A DNA stretch of 64,000 nt from the NCBI GenBank assembly GCA_016214565.1, contig JACROE010000002.1:1048007-1112006 (forward strand). Reading direction: 5' to 3'. Within the stretch, counting starts at the first letter, position 1, and each line of letters begins with the position of its first letter. The position numbers were made by a program, and so were the translations under genes. The notes under the pieces are model-generated. The model was not told the DNA's origin. It saw nothing but the letters and a program-made list of their open reading frames with translations, and did no database searches. Below, piece after piece: positions 38,051-48,626 of this stretch. This stretch comes from Candidatus Kerfeldbacteria bacterium (GTDB lineage: Bacteria; Patescibacteriota; Patescibacteriia; UBA10025; JAHIVO01).

Positions 38051-38450
38051 ACGAATATAAATATAGCGTTAATTGATAAATAATAAAGCCTGCAACCAAA
38101 GAAATAATGACTGCAACTATACCATGATCGTGAATCCTCGTATATACCAATCCTGCACCAGCCAATGCCCAGGCGCCATTCCAGAGATGGCCGCTCTTCT
38201 TTCGCGCTGCAGCAGCTTCATCCAGGGCAATAAATGTGTAATTATTTTGCAAAATTATAACCAAAAATCCACACCCAATTGTTCCCCAAAGGAAATAATT
38301 AAATTCCAAAAAATTTCCTACAAATCCCGGCTGTATATCTTCCAATACATACAACATAAGAAAGGTAACTAGCATCACCTTAAATACTTCTCGGGCTATA
38401 AATACCGCCCACTGGAGTACCCGCTCCCCTTTTGTATTTGGGATAAACAT
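38025..38450 (-). CDS. membrane protein, hypothetical
   Basis: 141 aa with 4 TM helices. In an operon between the 570-aa protein and ahcY. Confidence 0.45.
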   Translation of the reverse strand: MFIPNTKGERVLQWAVFIAREVFKVMLVTFLMLYVLEDIQPGFVGNFLEFNYFLWGTIGCGFLVIILQNNYTFIALDEAAAARKKSGHLWNGAWALAGAGLVYTRIHDHGIVAVIISLVAGFIIYQLTLYLYSYDDTEEAA

Positions 38451-38454
38451 ATCG

Positions 38455-40167
38455 TTACTGAGATGAGCTGCCCAAATTATTTCTTATTTTTTGCATAACA
38501 TTATCAAGTGTTAATGGATCCTTATGAAATTCAAAGGTGAGACCGTGCACGAGTAATTTTTTCCGTGCCTCGGGCAAACCAGGCATAACAATAATAAATT
38601 CGGTTTTTTTGGTTTCTGCATTTGTGTACAGCATAGGGATTTCAATCGTAGCTGTTGCGTACATCCATTTCCCGCGACGTTCTACCTGCGCATATCGAGC
38701 GATAATATAATCGTACGTATCAATATTTTCCACCTCAGGCAAATCAACCACGCCAGAATACTGTGGATCAAAGAATTGATCCTGACTTACTGCAAAATAT
38801 CCATTTCCGTCAATGGTCATATCATTTTTGGGAATATAGGCATATGGTGTACCTGATAATCTACTCATAACGTACGGGGTGTTAAGATCGACCAGCGGCT
38901 GTGGCACGCCATTGAGCGTAAATGTCTGAAGCCCTTCTTCATGCTCTGTCATAAACTCTACCTTTTCTGATTTAAAATAAACGCCACTTGGACGTGTGGG
39001 GTGCGTACCAATAATGGAAGCATATACAGGATTATCAGCTAAGTATATATGATTACGGAATACGATAAGGTGTTGTTTACTCAAAATCTGCTTGATAAAG
39101 ACGTCGTTCTCCCCTGGATCAAACTTCACATGATAGAGCCCGAAGGGCAAATCATCCTGACTAATTCGAAAACGATACTCCGGCTGTCCACCATCGTTAG
39201 ATTCAGTCGTGGCGATATTGGTATCTAATTCAACCTCATCAATAAAAGTTTCAGCTGAGGAATACAATTGCAAAGTAATCGGGCTTGGATCGGTTGAGCG
39301 GGAAGCAATCCGAACCGCAAATTCGAAGTACAATGGCTCACCCTGACCAATATACGTATATAAATCATGCTGCCCGCGTAGTACTGTATTAATGACCGTA
39401 TATGACTGTTTCGGCTCATACCCAGGTAATTCATGATACAGTGACAAATCAAAATTATACTTAATAATTGTCTGCAAGTCGGGTAGATTACGCAAAAAAG
39501 AATCAATAGTAAATCTAGGGGTCACCGATTCCTCCAACGGCGTTAACTGTGCGTCACGATTCTTCGTCAACTGCTGAATTTGCGCATCATATTCGGCTCG
39601 CGTAGATTCATCAAGAGCGTCGACGGGACCAAATGACTTTTCGATAGACTGCTTTTGCAGCTCAAAATCTCTCAGAATAGATGCATACTGAGATTGATAT
39701 TCTCGATCGCGATACCAAAGAACATTGTTCCCTTCTCGCACCGGAATCCAGTACGGAGGTAGGGATTCCAAACGCGGTTCATAATATGCTAAATCGGTAT
39801 AGGCATAAGCGCCATTCGGCTGAAAAACCCCAAGTTTAATAACCTCTTGTGCGTCAGGATTTTGATATTGCAGGCCGACCTTAACCGAATTGAACAATCG
39901 AGGCGTTGTCACATTAAAATACAAAGGTGAGGCGGTGATTGCTTGAAACGATTCATCACTGCCTCCAAACGTCCCCGTCATTGTTACCGGCTCTTTTGAA
40001 GCAAAACTTGAAACAAAAGGAGACGGGTCATCAACGGTATGAGAAAACCTCATAGTGCCTGAGGGGGTAAAATTTGCAATGCCAAGATACGCCAACACAG
40101 CAACGGGAATCAACCATTTAGTGATCCGAATTATTGAAAACAATGAATTATTTTGTGGTTCTTGCAT
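38455..40167 (-). CDS. secreted/anchored hypothetical protein (570 aa), partner of adjacent GT-C enzyme
   Basis: N-terminal TM/signal (WLIPVAVLAYLGIANF). The large extracytoplasmic domain has no motif I recognise. Immediately downstream of the GT-C gene on the same strand. Confidence 0.5.
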   Translation of the reverse strand: MQEPQNNSLFSIIRITKWLIPVAVLAYLGIANFTPSGTMRFSHTVDDPSPFVSSFASKEPVTMTGTFGGSDESFQAITASPLYFNVTTPRLFNSVKVGLQYQNPDAQEVIKLGVFQPNGAYAYTDLAYYEPRLESLPPYWIPVREGNNVLWYRDREYQSQYASILRDFELQKQSIEKSFGPVDALDESTRAEYDAQIQQLTKNRDAQLTPLEESVTPRFTIDSFLRNLPDLQTIIKYNFDLSLYHELPGYEPKQSYTVINTVLRGQHDLYTYIGQGEPLYFEFAVRIASRSTDPSPITLQLYSSAETFIDEVELDTNIATTESNDGGQPEYRFRISQDDLPFGLYHVKFDPGENDVFIKQILSKQHLIVFRNHIYLADNPVYASIIGTHPTRPSGVYFKSEKVEFMTEHEEGLQTFTLNGVPQPLVDLNTPYVMSRLSGTPYAYIPKNDMTIDGNGYFAVSQDQFFDPQYSGVVDLPEVENIDTYDYIIARYAQVERRGKWMYATATIEIPMLYTNAETKKTEFIIVMPGLPEARKKLLVHGLTFEFHKDPLTLDNVMQKIRNNLGSSSQ

Positions 40168-40205
40168 TGGTACTATTTGTACTATACTAATTTATCATCG
40201 TATCA

Positions 40206-41876
40206 TCAATTTCCAATCGGCACTACCCGTGTCAGATTCATCTGATCGGGCAGTATAGCGCGTTGTTCAGTCGTGAGATGACTTCGAGATAATAGTTCAC
40301 GTACTCTGACCATGTCTACATTTAAGCTATTTTCGTACACGTACAATGAGGTTTGACTGGCTACCTGGGCAAGCGCTTCAGCCGCAACTGAGCTTGAGGC
40401 GGGCAATGTTGCAATCACGCGTCGATCAGGAAAAAAGAACCGATCGGCCCCACCGGCGATAATAACGGCCTCAGACGGTGTATTTGCCAAAACTTCAGAA
40501 CGTACCTGCTCATACGTTTCTATATGCCGTTGTAACTGCATAAGTCCTTGAAGCGGATCGGCTACCGTTAAGCTTACTGACAATCCGACAATCACAAAAA
40601 CTAAAAAAATAGTTACCGCCGCCTGGTATCGCGTGGCCCATAAGCTAACGACCCATAGCATACCGCGAACAGCGATCGGAATACCCATGATAAGAATTGG
40701 CAACCAATAACGGAGATATGAAGACCCGAGCAATACTTTGGTTGGGTCAATATATTCTTTAAACGTGAAAGCTCCATAATACAATATCATCCAAACAGAA
40801 ATAATGACGAACAAACACGTATAAACTATCTCCGGGATCGTAACCGTATTTATGGTTTCAAGAGAATATAGCGTACGCCGAACCCAGCTACGAATCGAGT
40901 TAAAAAATATTAAACTCATACCCGCTATGACAAAAAGGCTGTACCACGGCATATACGCAATAAGATACGTGTAGGCCATTTGTAGGGATTGAGATAAATT
41001 AATGCCAAAAGGAAAGAAATATTGCAACCAACTCGCACCGGGATCCTGCGTACGAGAAACGGTATCGAGAGTATCACTCAGTGATGGCATGGAGTAGGAA
41101 AAAGTAAATGCTGAGCCGTACAATTCATTGTTAACAAACAAAACTGGTGTAAATACCAAAACGGCTGGAATGATAAATGATACAATTCGAGAAATAGTCA
41201 ATTGACGGCGATGCACCATTGCTATCGATCCTAAAAGTATCAGAACCCAAATAACCTCTGAAATGCGTACTGAAAATGCCATACCCAAAGCAAGTCCGGC
41301 GATAATGAAAAAAGTGTTTCTTCCACGTTCTGATTTATCAAATGCCCGCATCAAGGCAGAAAGACAGATTAACAAAAGAGAAACAAAAAGAACATTATGA
41401 AACATCCCTCGACTTGCGTAGAGCCAAAACGGTGGAAGGATCAATAAAAGCAACAGTGAAGTAATAGCAGTTACAAAGCCAAATAATCGTTTACAAATAA
41501 AGTAAAAAGACAACGCACCAATAATTGCAGCCATCGGGGTCAACCAAAGCAATGCCCAATTACCAAGTGCTGACGCTGCCATTCCATAATACAGTGGCAA
41601 TCCAATAAAACTATTTGGCACTAAATCTCCGTCGGCATTTATTTTTATACTGCGAGGATGGACGATCCCCGGGCTACCGACATTAATCGAATCATGAGCA
41701 AGCGGCATACCGCTCTCAGCCACCTTTGTCGCAAAAAAGTAATTCGCTGTTTCATCAGGAGAGGTAAATACGCTATCCCCCTGGTAGTAGCTGCCGTAGA
41801 TGCATAAAAAAAATAACAATAAAACAGCAATCGATAACGAAGCAAAAGGAATGCGGGCTTTGGCAAATGTAGTCAT
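40206..41876 (-). CDS. GT-C fold membrane glycosyltransferase (ArnT/PMT_2-like)
   Basis: 556 aa with >10 TM helices. A DE motif lies in the first loop (FTSPDETANYFFATKVAESG). The C-terminal soluble domain is ~120 aa. Confidence 0.65.
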   Translation of the reverse strand: MTTFAKARIPFASLSIAVLLLFFLCIYGSYYQGDSVFTSPDETANYFFATKVAESGMPLAHDSINVGSPGIVHPRSIKINADGDLVPNSFIGLPLYYGMAASALGNWALLWLTPMAAIIGALSFYFICKRLFGFVTAITSLLLLLILPPFWLYASRGMFHNVLFVSLLLICLSALMRAFDKSERGRNTFFIIAGLALGMAFSVRISEVIWVLILLGSIAMVHRRQLTISRIVSFIIPAVLVFTPVLFVNNELYGSAFTFSYSMPSLSDTLDTVSRTQDPGASWLQYFFPFGINLSQSLQMAYTYLIAYMPWYSLFVIAGMSLIFFNSIRSWVRRTLYSLETINTVTIPEIVYTCLFVIISVWMILYYGAFTFKEYIDPTKVLLGSSYLRYWLPILIMGIPIAVRGMLWVVSLWATRYQAAVTIFLVFVIVGLSVSLTVADPLQGLMQLQRHIETYEQVRSEVLANTPSEAVIIAGGADRFFFPDRRVIATLPASSSVAAEALAQVASQTSLYVYENSLNVDMVRVRELLSRSHLTTEQRAILPDQMNLTRVVPIGN

Positions 41877-41969
41877 AGTACATCGGTCACTATACCATTA
41901 AATATGCCCTTTTCAAAGTAAATGCTATCTGATACGATAGTAATCAATATTAAGCAAATTCAGTGATTT

Positions 41970-42272
41970 TTGGATAATTTTGCTATGCAATTCCTGGATT
42001 ATATGCGCATCGCGGTCGGTGTCACTGTTGCCCTTGGACTGCCTGGTTTTTGCATTAGTTTAGCGCTATGGCCTCAGCAGCGGCGATGGTCATTTGAACG
42101 GATCATTATAAGTATCATCATATCAATTATTACGACCTCTGGTCTCACCTATGCCGCCAATCAGCTCGGCGCCCCATTCAGCCTGCTCACCATTGGCATT
42201 GTCATCAGTGTAACAAGTCTTATCAGTCTCATTATTTACTATTTTATTAAGTCAAAAAGTAATCCTGTATGA
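41970..42272 (+). CDS. small membrane protein, hypothetical
   Basis: 100 aa with 3 TM helices. Overlaps the start of the WbpB-like gene. Confidence 0.35.
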   Translation: MDNFAMQFLDYMRIAVGVTVALGLPGFCISLALWPQQRRWSFERIIISIIISIITTSGLTYAANQLGAPFSLLTIGIVISVTSLISLIIYYFIKSKSNPV

Positions 42273-43213
42273 AAAATTTTGCCATTACCGGCGTTGCTGG
42301 ATATATTGCGCCGCGCCATCTCAAAGCAATTAAGGAAACCGGTAATACTGTCGTAGCCGCTCTTGACCCGCACGACTCGGTTGGAATTCTCGATAGTTAC
42401 TTTCCTGAAGCGCGTTTTTTTACTGAATTCGAGCGATTTGATCGCCACGTTGATAAACTTCGCCGTCACAATAAGGAAAAAGAGGTGCACTATGTCAGTA
42501 TTTGCACGCCAAACTATTTACACGACGCTCACATGCGATTTGCGCTTCGCATCGGTGCTGATGCAATTTGTGAAAAACCCCTAGTGCTCAATCCATGGAA
42601 TATCGATGCCCTCCAGGAACTTGAAAAAGAATACGGGAAAAAAATATATACGGTTCTCCAACTACGGTTACACCCAAAACTTGTCGAGCTAAAGAAAAAA
42701 TTAGCCGACGATACAAAGCGGCGCCACCAGGTTAGTTTGACTTATATTACCTCCCGCGGCTCCTGGTACCTTTCATCATGGAAAGGATCGTTGGAAAAAT
42801 CAGGCGGACTAGCCACAAACATTGGCATACACTTTTTCGACTTACTCCTATGGCTCTTTGGTCCCGCCATCCGGAATGATGTTCACGTCAATGATGAAAA
42901 AAGGGTTAGTGGATTTCTCGAACTTAAAAATGCAGATGTCCAATGGTATCTCTCAATTGAGAGTGAAGACTTGCCAAAAGAAGCCGGGGACAAAAAGACG
43001 TTTCGTTCCATGACGCTGGATGGTAATGAAATAGAATTTTCTGATGGCTTTACTGACCTTCACACGCTTGTTTACAAAGATATTTTAGAAGGTGGCGGTT
43101 TTGGAACCGCTGATGCGCGCGATTCGATCCAGTTGGCTCATGATATCCGCCATGCCACTCCAAAAGCCTCTGCAGAGCTGATTCACCCTCTTGCCAGCCA
43201 CTTCGCTAAATAG
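42269..43213 (+). CDS. UDP-N-acetyl-2-amino-2-deoxy-glucuronate 3-dehydrogenase-like oxidoreductase (WbpB/WlbA family, Gfo/Idh/MocA)
   Basis: 314 aa. I recall WbpB/WlbA as carrying these motifs: MKNFAITGVAGYIAPRH...SICTPNYLH...ICEKPLV...LTYITSRGSWYLSSWKG...ATNIGIHFFD...EFSDGFTDLHT. Confidence 0.7.
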   Translation: MKNFAITGVAGYIAPRHLKAIKETGNTVVAALDPHDSVGILDSYFPEARFFTEFERFDRHVDKLRRHNKEKEVHYVSICTPNYLHDAHMRFALRIGADAICEKPLVLNPWNIDALQELEKEYGKKIYTVLQLRLHPKLVELKKKLADDTKRRHQVSLTYITSRGSWYLSSWKGSLEKSGGLATNIGIHFFDLLLWLFGPAIRNDVHVNDEKRVSGFLELKNADVQWYLSIESEDLPKEAGDKKTFRSMTLDGNEIEFSDGFTDLHTLVYKDILEGGGFGTADARDSIQLAHDIRHATPKASAELIHPLASHFAK

Positions 43214-43349
43214 CATTTTCTAACTTACCCAGCTACGTCGCTAACGGCTCAAAGTTTAGATTTTGAAATATTGGAGAAATTTGTTATAATATTGCAGCAT
43301 TCGGCAACTTGTTAAGTAATTTTTGATACGTAAAATTACAGATAAAACT

Positions 43350-43925
43350 ATGCCCACTGACTACTTTGCCCACGAATCGAGCTATATCGACGAAGGTGCC
43401 AAAATCGGAACCGAAACTAAGATTTGGCATTTTTGCCACATTATGTCTGGCGCCATAATCGGGGCTCACTGTTCACTGGGGCAGAACGTAAATGTCGCCG
43501 GCGGAGCAGTGGTAGGTAATCACGTGAAGATCCAGAACAATGTTTCAATATATGACGGAGTTACTGTTGAAGACTATGTCTTTTGTGGGCCTTCAATGGT
43601 TTTTACGAATGACCCAACCCCGCGCGCAAAATTTCCGCTTGGTCGAACTAATTATAAAAAAACGATTTTAAAAGAAGGCTCAAGTATTGGTGCGAATGCA
43701 ACCATTGTGTGTGGCAACACCATTGGCAAATCTGCTTTTATTGGATCGGGTTCAGTAGTCACAAAAGACATCCCTGACTATGCTATTGCTTATGGCAACC
43801 CTGCTCGCGTTCATGGCTGGATATGTGAGTGCGGTAGTAAACTTGTTTTTGCGGATGAAAAAGCTATCTGTGCAAGATGTAGCAGTAATTACCTAAAAAA
43901 AGATGACCACGTAACTAAACAATAA
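43350..43925 (+). CDS. UDP-2-acetamido-3-amino-2,3-dideoxy-glucuronate N-acetyltransferase-like (WbpD/WlbB family, left-handed beta-helix)
   Basis: Hexapeptide-repeat acyltransferase. From memory WlbB/WbpD carries: IWHFCHIMSGAIIG...SLGQNV...KIQNNVSIYDGV...VFCGPSMVFTND...ANATIVCG. Start taken at ATG 43350, because the track's 43323 start is a TTG codon. Confidence 0.7.
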   Translation: MPTDYFAHESSYIDEGAKIGTETKIWHFCHIMSGAIIGAHCSLGQNVNVAGGAVVGNHVKIQNNVSIYDGVTVEDYVFCGPSMVFTNDPTPRAKFPLGRTNYKKTILKEGSSIGANATIVCGNTIGKSAFIGSGSVVTKDIPDYAIAYGNPARVHGWICECGSKLVFADEKAICARCSSNYLKKDDHVTKQ

Positions 43926-43933
43926 AAAATGTT

Positions 43934-45034
43934 ATGAAACTCGTCGACCTTCACCGCCAGTATACGTCAATTAAAAAACCGATTGATGCTGCAATTAAAC
44001 GAATCATCAATTCGACTGATTTTATTCTAGGGAAAGATGTTGATGAACTAGAACACGCTATCGCTAAATTCTGCAAGGTACCTTATGCAGTAGGACTTAA
44101 TTCTGGAACTGACGCACTCTTATTTGCTCTCCGAGCTCTCGGTATCAAACGAGGCGATGAAGTAATTACCACTCCCTTCACCTTTATCGCTACTGCGGAA
44201 ATGATTGCGCTTGAGGGAGCTCGACCAGTTTTTGCCGATATTGACCCTGCCACCTTTAATATTGACCCCAAAGAGATTGAAAAACATATTACTAAGCGCA
44301 CTAAGGCCATAATTCCAGTTCACCTTTACGGCCAGCCAGCTGCGATGCAGGCGATTATGAAAATAGCCCACAAACATAAGCTACCCGTTATCGAAGACGC
44401 CGCGCAGGCAATCGGCGCGAAGATAGCAAATCAGCCGGTATGCACCTTTGGTGAAGTGGGTTGTTTGTCTTTCTTTCCAGCAAAAAATTTAGGATGCTAC
44501 GGTGATGGTGGGATGCTTTTAACGCGCGACAAAAAAGTTGCTGATCGAGTCCGGATGATGCTCAATCACGGATCTCGCATCCGCTACCACCATGAATTTA
44601 TCGGCGATTCTTCGCGATTAGACAATCTTCAAGCGGCAATTCTGAATGCTAAACTCCCCTACTTAAATGGCTGGAACAAAAAAAGAGCTGCGGTTGCTCG
44701 TTTATATAATACCCTATTAAAATCACCAGTCATCACCCCGTATGTACCAAAAGGGTTCACTTCGGTCTTTCAGCAGTACACGATTCGCATCCCGAATCGG
44801 ACGGCGGTTCGTAAACGATTGGAGAAATTAGGGATACCCACTGCTATTCACTATCCCATCCCACTGCATCTCCAGCCGGCCATCAAAAAATTAAAACTTG
44901 GATACCGCCAAGGTGATTTTCCTCATTCGGAAAAAGCCAGCCGCGAAGTATTATCGCTTCCGATGTACCCAGAAATAACTAAATCTGAAATTATCACGGT
45001 AGCTCGCGCTATCAACCAAGCAGTACACGTATGA
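43934..45034 (+). CDS. DegT/DnrJ/EryC1-family PLP aminotransferase (WbpE/WlbC-like, UDP-3-keto-sugar aminotransferase)
   Basis: 366 aa with an AAT-fold sugar aminotransferase pattern (TTPFTFIATAE...IPVHLYGQPA...SFFPAKNLGCYGDGG). Confidence 0.8.
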   Translation: MKLVDLHRQYTSIKKPIDAAIKRIINSTDFILGKDVDELEHAIAKFCKVPYAVGLNSGTDALLFALRALGIKRGDEVITTPFTFIATAEMIALEGARPVFADIDPATFNIDPKEIEKHITKRTKAIIPVHLYGQPAAMQAIMKIAHKHKLPVIEDAAQAIGAKIANQPVCTFGEVGCLSFFPAKNLGCYGDGGMLLTRDKKVADRVRMMLNHGSRIRYHHEFIGDSSRLDNLQAAILNAKLPYLNGWNKKRAAVARLYNTLLKSPVITPYVPKGFTSVFQQYTIRIPNRTAVRKRLEKLGIPTAIHYPIPLHLQPAIKKLKLGYRQGDFPHSEKASREVLSLPMYPEITKSEIITVARAINQAVHV

Positions 45035-46014
45035 GCAAAGGCAAACTCAAGGTCGCCGTCATCGGCGTGGGAAACATGGGTCGCCACCACGCACGAAATT
45101 ATTATGAAATGAAAGAATGTAATCTGGTGGCGATCTGCGACATTGATCCAACAAAAGCAGAATTAGCCAAACAGTATAGCTGTGCTTTTTATACTGACTT
45201 TCGGCGTATGCTGAAAAATGAAAAAATTGACGCGATTTCCATTGCCGTTCCCACCAAACATCACTTTGCAATAGCAATGCACTGCATTAAAGACAGAAAG
45301 CATGTTCTCGTCGAAAAGCCAATTGCTGCTTCCGTTTCTGATGCGAGACGGATGATAGCTTTAGCTGCCAAAATGAAAGTAACGTTTACCGTTGGTCATA
45401 TTGAACGATTCAATCCTGGTGTACAAAAAATGCACGAGCTGATAAACCAAGGTAAGCTCGGCTCAATCATTTCCATAATTTCTAAGCGGGTCGGTCCATT
45501 CGCGCCGCGCATCAAAGATTCGGGTGTGTTGATTGATCTAGCAGTGCATGATATTGACATCATTGGCCACCTGCTTCATAAACTGCCGACCCATGTCACG
45601 GTAAATGGGGGCAAAGCCATTAATAAGAAAATTGATGACTTTGCGGAAATATTTCTTCGTTATGGAAACCAATCCGGATATATCCAAGTAAACTGGATCA
45701 CTCCGGTGATCATCCGAGAATTGCATGTTACGGGCACCAAGGGATACGCTCATCTAAACTACATTACCCAAGAATTAGGATTCTATAAATCACGTTACAA
45801 AGAACAGTTTAATAATTACGGAGATTTTGTTATTCAGTTCGGCAAATCACACCGTCTCAATGTACCAATCCAATCCCATGAGCCATTGCGCAGAGAATTG
45901 CAATCATTTTTAGCAAATATAACCCGCCACACACGACCCGTAGTCTCGGGACAAGATGGGCTCGAAGCTCTCCGCATTGCTCTTCGTGCATTACATACCA
46001 TCAAATATGCTTAA
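45031..46014 (+). CDS. Gfo/Idh/MocA-family NAD-dependent sugar oxidoreductase (second copy)
   Basis: KVAVIGVGNMGRHH Rossmann motif and EKP motif (VLVEKPIA). 327 aa. Confidence 0.75.
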   Translation: MSKGKLKVAVIGVGNMGRHHARNYYEMKECNLVAICDIDPTKAELAKQYSCAFYTDFRRMLKNEKIDAISIAVPTKHHFAIAMHCIKDRKHVLVEKPIAASVSDARRMIALAAKMKVTFTVGHIERFNPGVQKMHELINQGKLGSIISIISKRVGPFAPRIKDSGVLIDLAVHDIDIIGHLLHKLPTHVTVNGGKAINKKIDDFAEIFLRYGNQSGYIQVNWITPVIIRELHVTGTKGYAHLNYITQELGFYKSRYKEQFNNYGDFVIQFGKSHRLNVPIQSHEPLRRELQSFLANITRHTRPVVSGQDGLEALRIALRALHTIKYA

Positions 46015-46969
46015 CTTTCGAGGAAAAAATATTTTGATAACCGGTGGCGCTGGATTTATCGGTAGTCACTTAATTGATCAGTTAATAACCGAGCAGCCAC
46101 GAAACATCATCGTCGTAGACAATCTTTTTCTTGGCAAGCTGGCTAATTTGAAGGATGCTCAAAAGAATTTTCCTCGGCTTATCTTTTACCGTCATGACGC
46201 TTCAGATTACTCATTTATGAAGCGGCTGGTTGCCAAGCATCGGATTCATGTCATTTACAATCTCGCTACCAAGGCTCTCCCCTATTCTTTCACCGATCCC
46301 GAGGATGCATATCTGATAAACGTAAAACTTTCAACCACCTTATTGCGTCTTTTGCTCGATAAACAATACCAGACACTGATTCACTTTTCTTCGTCTGAAG
46401 CATACGGTTCCTCACTGACTTCATCAATGTCAGAACTGCATCCATTGGTCCCCCACACACCCTATGCCGCAGGCAAGGCCTCGGCTGACCTCCAAGTCAT
46501 GGCTTGGCGCCATTTCTTTAAGCTTGATATTGCCATTATTCGCCCTTTTAATAATTATGGCCCGCGGCAAAATGAAGGAATGTATGCCGGCGTCATCCCC
46601 ATTACCATTAAACGAATTATGAAAGGTCAGCCACCCATTCTCCAGGGTGACGGAAAGCAAACTAGAGATTTTATTTATGTGACGGATACGGCACGTGCGG
46701 CGATCGCAATCTACAAAAATCCACGTACCCGTGGCACTATTCTCAATATTGCAAGTGGTAAAGAATTATCAATCAAAAAAATTATTGCATCAATCTCAAA
46801 GTTAATGAATTACCACGGTCCAGTTATTAAAAAACCCAGTCGTACTGCTGATGTCCGCCGACATCTCGCCAATGTGTCAATGGCAAAAAAAATTCTTCAT
46901 TTTAAACAGTCGATTTCATTTACCACCGGAATTGCTAAAACGATCGAATGGTATAAGCATAGCGTATAA
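46007..46969 (+). CDS. NAD-dependent nucleotide-sugar epimerase/dehydratase (extended SDR)
   Basis: ILITGGAGFIGSHL and catalytic YAAGKASAD. The ATG at 46007 lies in an ATGCTTAA overlap with the upstream stop. The track start 45956 runs through the upstream gene. Confidence 0.75.
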   Translation: MLNFRGKNILITGGAGFIGSHLIDQLITEQPRNIIVVDNLFLGKLANLKDAQKNFPRLIFYRHDASDYSFMKRLVAKHRIHVIYNLATKALPYSFTDPEDAYLINVKLSTTLLRLLLDKQYQTLIHFSSSEAYGSSLTSSMSELHPLVPHTPYAAGKASADLQVMAWRHFFKLDIAIIRPFNNYGPRQNEGMYAGVIPITIKRIMKGQPPILQGDGKQTRDFIYVTDTARAAIAIYKNPRTRGTILNIASGKELSIKKIIASISKLMNYHGPVIKKPSRTADVRRHLANVSMAKKILHFKQSISFTTGIAKTIEWYKHSV

Positions 46970-46972
46970 TGT

Positions 46973-48091
46973 ATGATTAAACTCATTATCCCCGAAGTTT
47001 CACTGAAAGCCGTAGCGCGAGATTACGAAAAAATATTTAAGTCCGGCATGCTAACGCAGGGTCCGTACGTGAAACTATTTGAAAAAAAAGTTGCGCGCAT
47101 GATTGGTGTACGCTACGCGTTTGCCACTACCTCGGCTACAACCGCGCTACATCTTTCCTTAGCGGCGCTTGGCATCGGCCCAGGTGATGAGGTCTTGGTG
47201 GCTGATTTTACCTTTCCCGCAACAGCAAACGTTGTGGTTCAATTAGGGGCAAAACCGGTTCTCGTTGATGTCCGAACCGATGACTTCACCATCGACATAC
47301 ATGACCTCAAAAGTAAAATAACACGCCGCACAAAAGCAATTATGCCAGTGGATACGTTCGGCTATCCAGCAAATATGCCAGCAATTATCAACGTTGCCAA
47401 ACGCCATAAACTGCATGTCATCGAAGATGCGGCGTGCTCGATCGGCGCTCGCATCGCCGGCCGGTATTGCGGGAGCTTCCCTACCATGGGTTGCTTTAGC
47501 TTTCACCCCCGCAAATCAATCACCACAGGCGAGGGTGGCATGCTGACGACTAATGACAGCACCTTAGCAAAAACGATTTCAGTGTTACGAAACCACGGAG
47601 GCGTTTTCAATGAATCTCGAGGTTACTATGACTACGTCGAAGCTGGCTTTAATTACCGCATGTCCGAAATTCAGGCAGCCCTTGGTCTCAGCCAATTTGC
47701 GCAAATTAAAACAATTATTAAAAACCGTCGGCATGTAGCGGCCATTTACAATAAAGCATTTGCTCATCACCCTTACATTACTCCTCCGACTGAGCAAAAG
47801 GGACGTCTGCACACATACCAATCATACGTCGTGAAATTACATCCAGACATACCCCGCGATGCACTCATGAAGAAAATGCGCAACCGTGGCATTGAAGTTA
47901 CGCTCGGCACTTACTCACTTCACATGCAGCCATTCTTTAGAAAAAAATACGGCTACCGACCTGGCGCATTACCAAATTCACAAGCGGCATTCGAACACGC
48001 CATGACCCTACCTCTTCACGCACGCATGACCCAAGCACAGCTCAGCAGTGTCATCAAAACGCTGAATAAAACTATTGAAGAATACGTATGA
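46973..48091 (+). CDS. DegT-family PLP-dependent sugar aminotransferase (second copy)
   Basis: 372 aa with the DegT/ArnB/PseC-like pattern ([13 protein letters not shown]...DTFGYPANM...[14 protein letters not shown]). Confidence 0.8.
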   Translation: MIKLIIPEVSLKAVARDYEKIFKSGMLTQGPYVKLFEKKVARMIGVRYAFATTSATTALHLSLAALGIGPGDEVLVADFTFPATANVVVQLGAKPVLVDVRTDDFTIDIHDLKSKITRRTKAIMPVDTFGYPANMPAIINVAKRHKLHVIEDAACSIGARIAGRYCGSFPTMGCFSFHPRKSITTGEGGMLTTNDSTLAKTISVLRNHGGVFNESRGYYDYVEAGFNYRMSEIQAALGLSQFAQIKTIIKNRRHVAAIYNKAFAHHPYITPPTEQKGRLHTYQSYVVKLHPDIPRDALMKKMRNRGIEVTLGTYSLHMQPFFRKKYGYRPGALPNSQAAFEHAMTLPLHARMTQAQLSSVIKTLNKTIEEYV

Positions 48092-48618
48092 ACCAACGCC
48101 CGACCCGAACCAGTCACGGGACTGGTGAATTTAGTCAAGACCAGTTTGCTCATTACGGGTCCAATGTTGTCATTGAGCCAGGAGTATTAGTATTCCATCC
48201 TGAAAATATTTTTTTGGATAATGGAGTGTACATTGGACATAACACAATTCTCAAAGGGTACCACCGCAACACTATGCGTATCGGTGCCGGCACCTGGATT
48301 GGGCAGCAGTGCTTTTTTCATAGCGCGGGTGGTATTTCCATCGGTGAAGACGTCGGCATCGGACCAGGAGTAAAAATACTTACCTCAACCCATGATATTG
48401 CAGAGTTAGATCGACCTATCATCCAGGCCACCCAGCTGATTACAAAACCAGTCACGATCAAGGAGTGGAGCGATATTGGCGTAAACGCCATAATTATGCC
48501 TGGCGTTACTATTGGGCGAGGCGCCCAAATTGGTGCAGGCGCGGTCGTTACCAAAGATGTACCTGATTTTGAAGTCTGGGGAGGGGTGCCCGCAAAATTA
48601 ATTAGAAAAAGAAAATAA
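48088..48618 (+). CDS. hexapeptide-repeat sugar N/O-acetyltransferase (LbH)
   Basis: 176 aa with left-handed beta-helix repeats (IGHNTILKG...[10 protein letters not shown]...[11 protein letters not shown]). Confidence 0.7.
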   Translation: MNQRPTRTSHGTGEFSQDQFAHYGSNVVIEPGVLVFHPENIFLDNGVYIGHNTILKGYHRNTMRIGAGTWIGQQCFFHSAGGISIGEDVGIGPGVKILTSTHDIAELDRPIIQATQLITKPVTIKEWSDIGVNAIIMPGVTIGRGAQIGAGAVVTKDVPDFEVWGGVPAKLIRKRK

Positions 48619-48626
48619 CAATCCTT

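Noticed and set aside
43323-43349. Track starts at TTG codons (43323) and through-gene extensions (45956, 23230, 835-2643, 34516-35202)
   Set aside because: ATG codons sit immediately after the upstream stops or at conserved N-termini and give better starts. The coordinates were trimmed accordingly.
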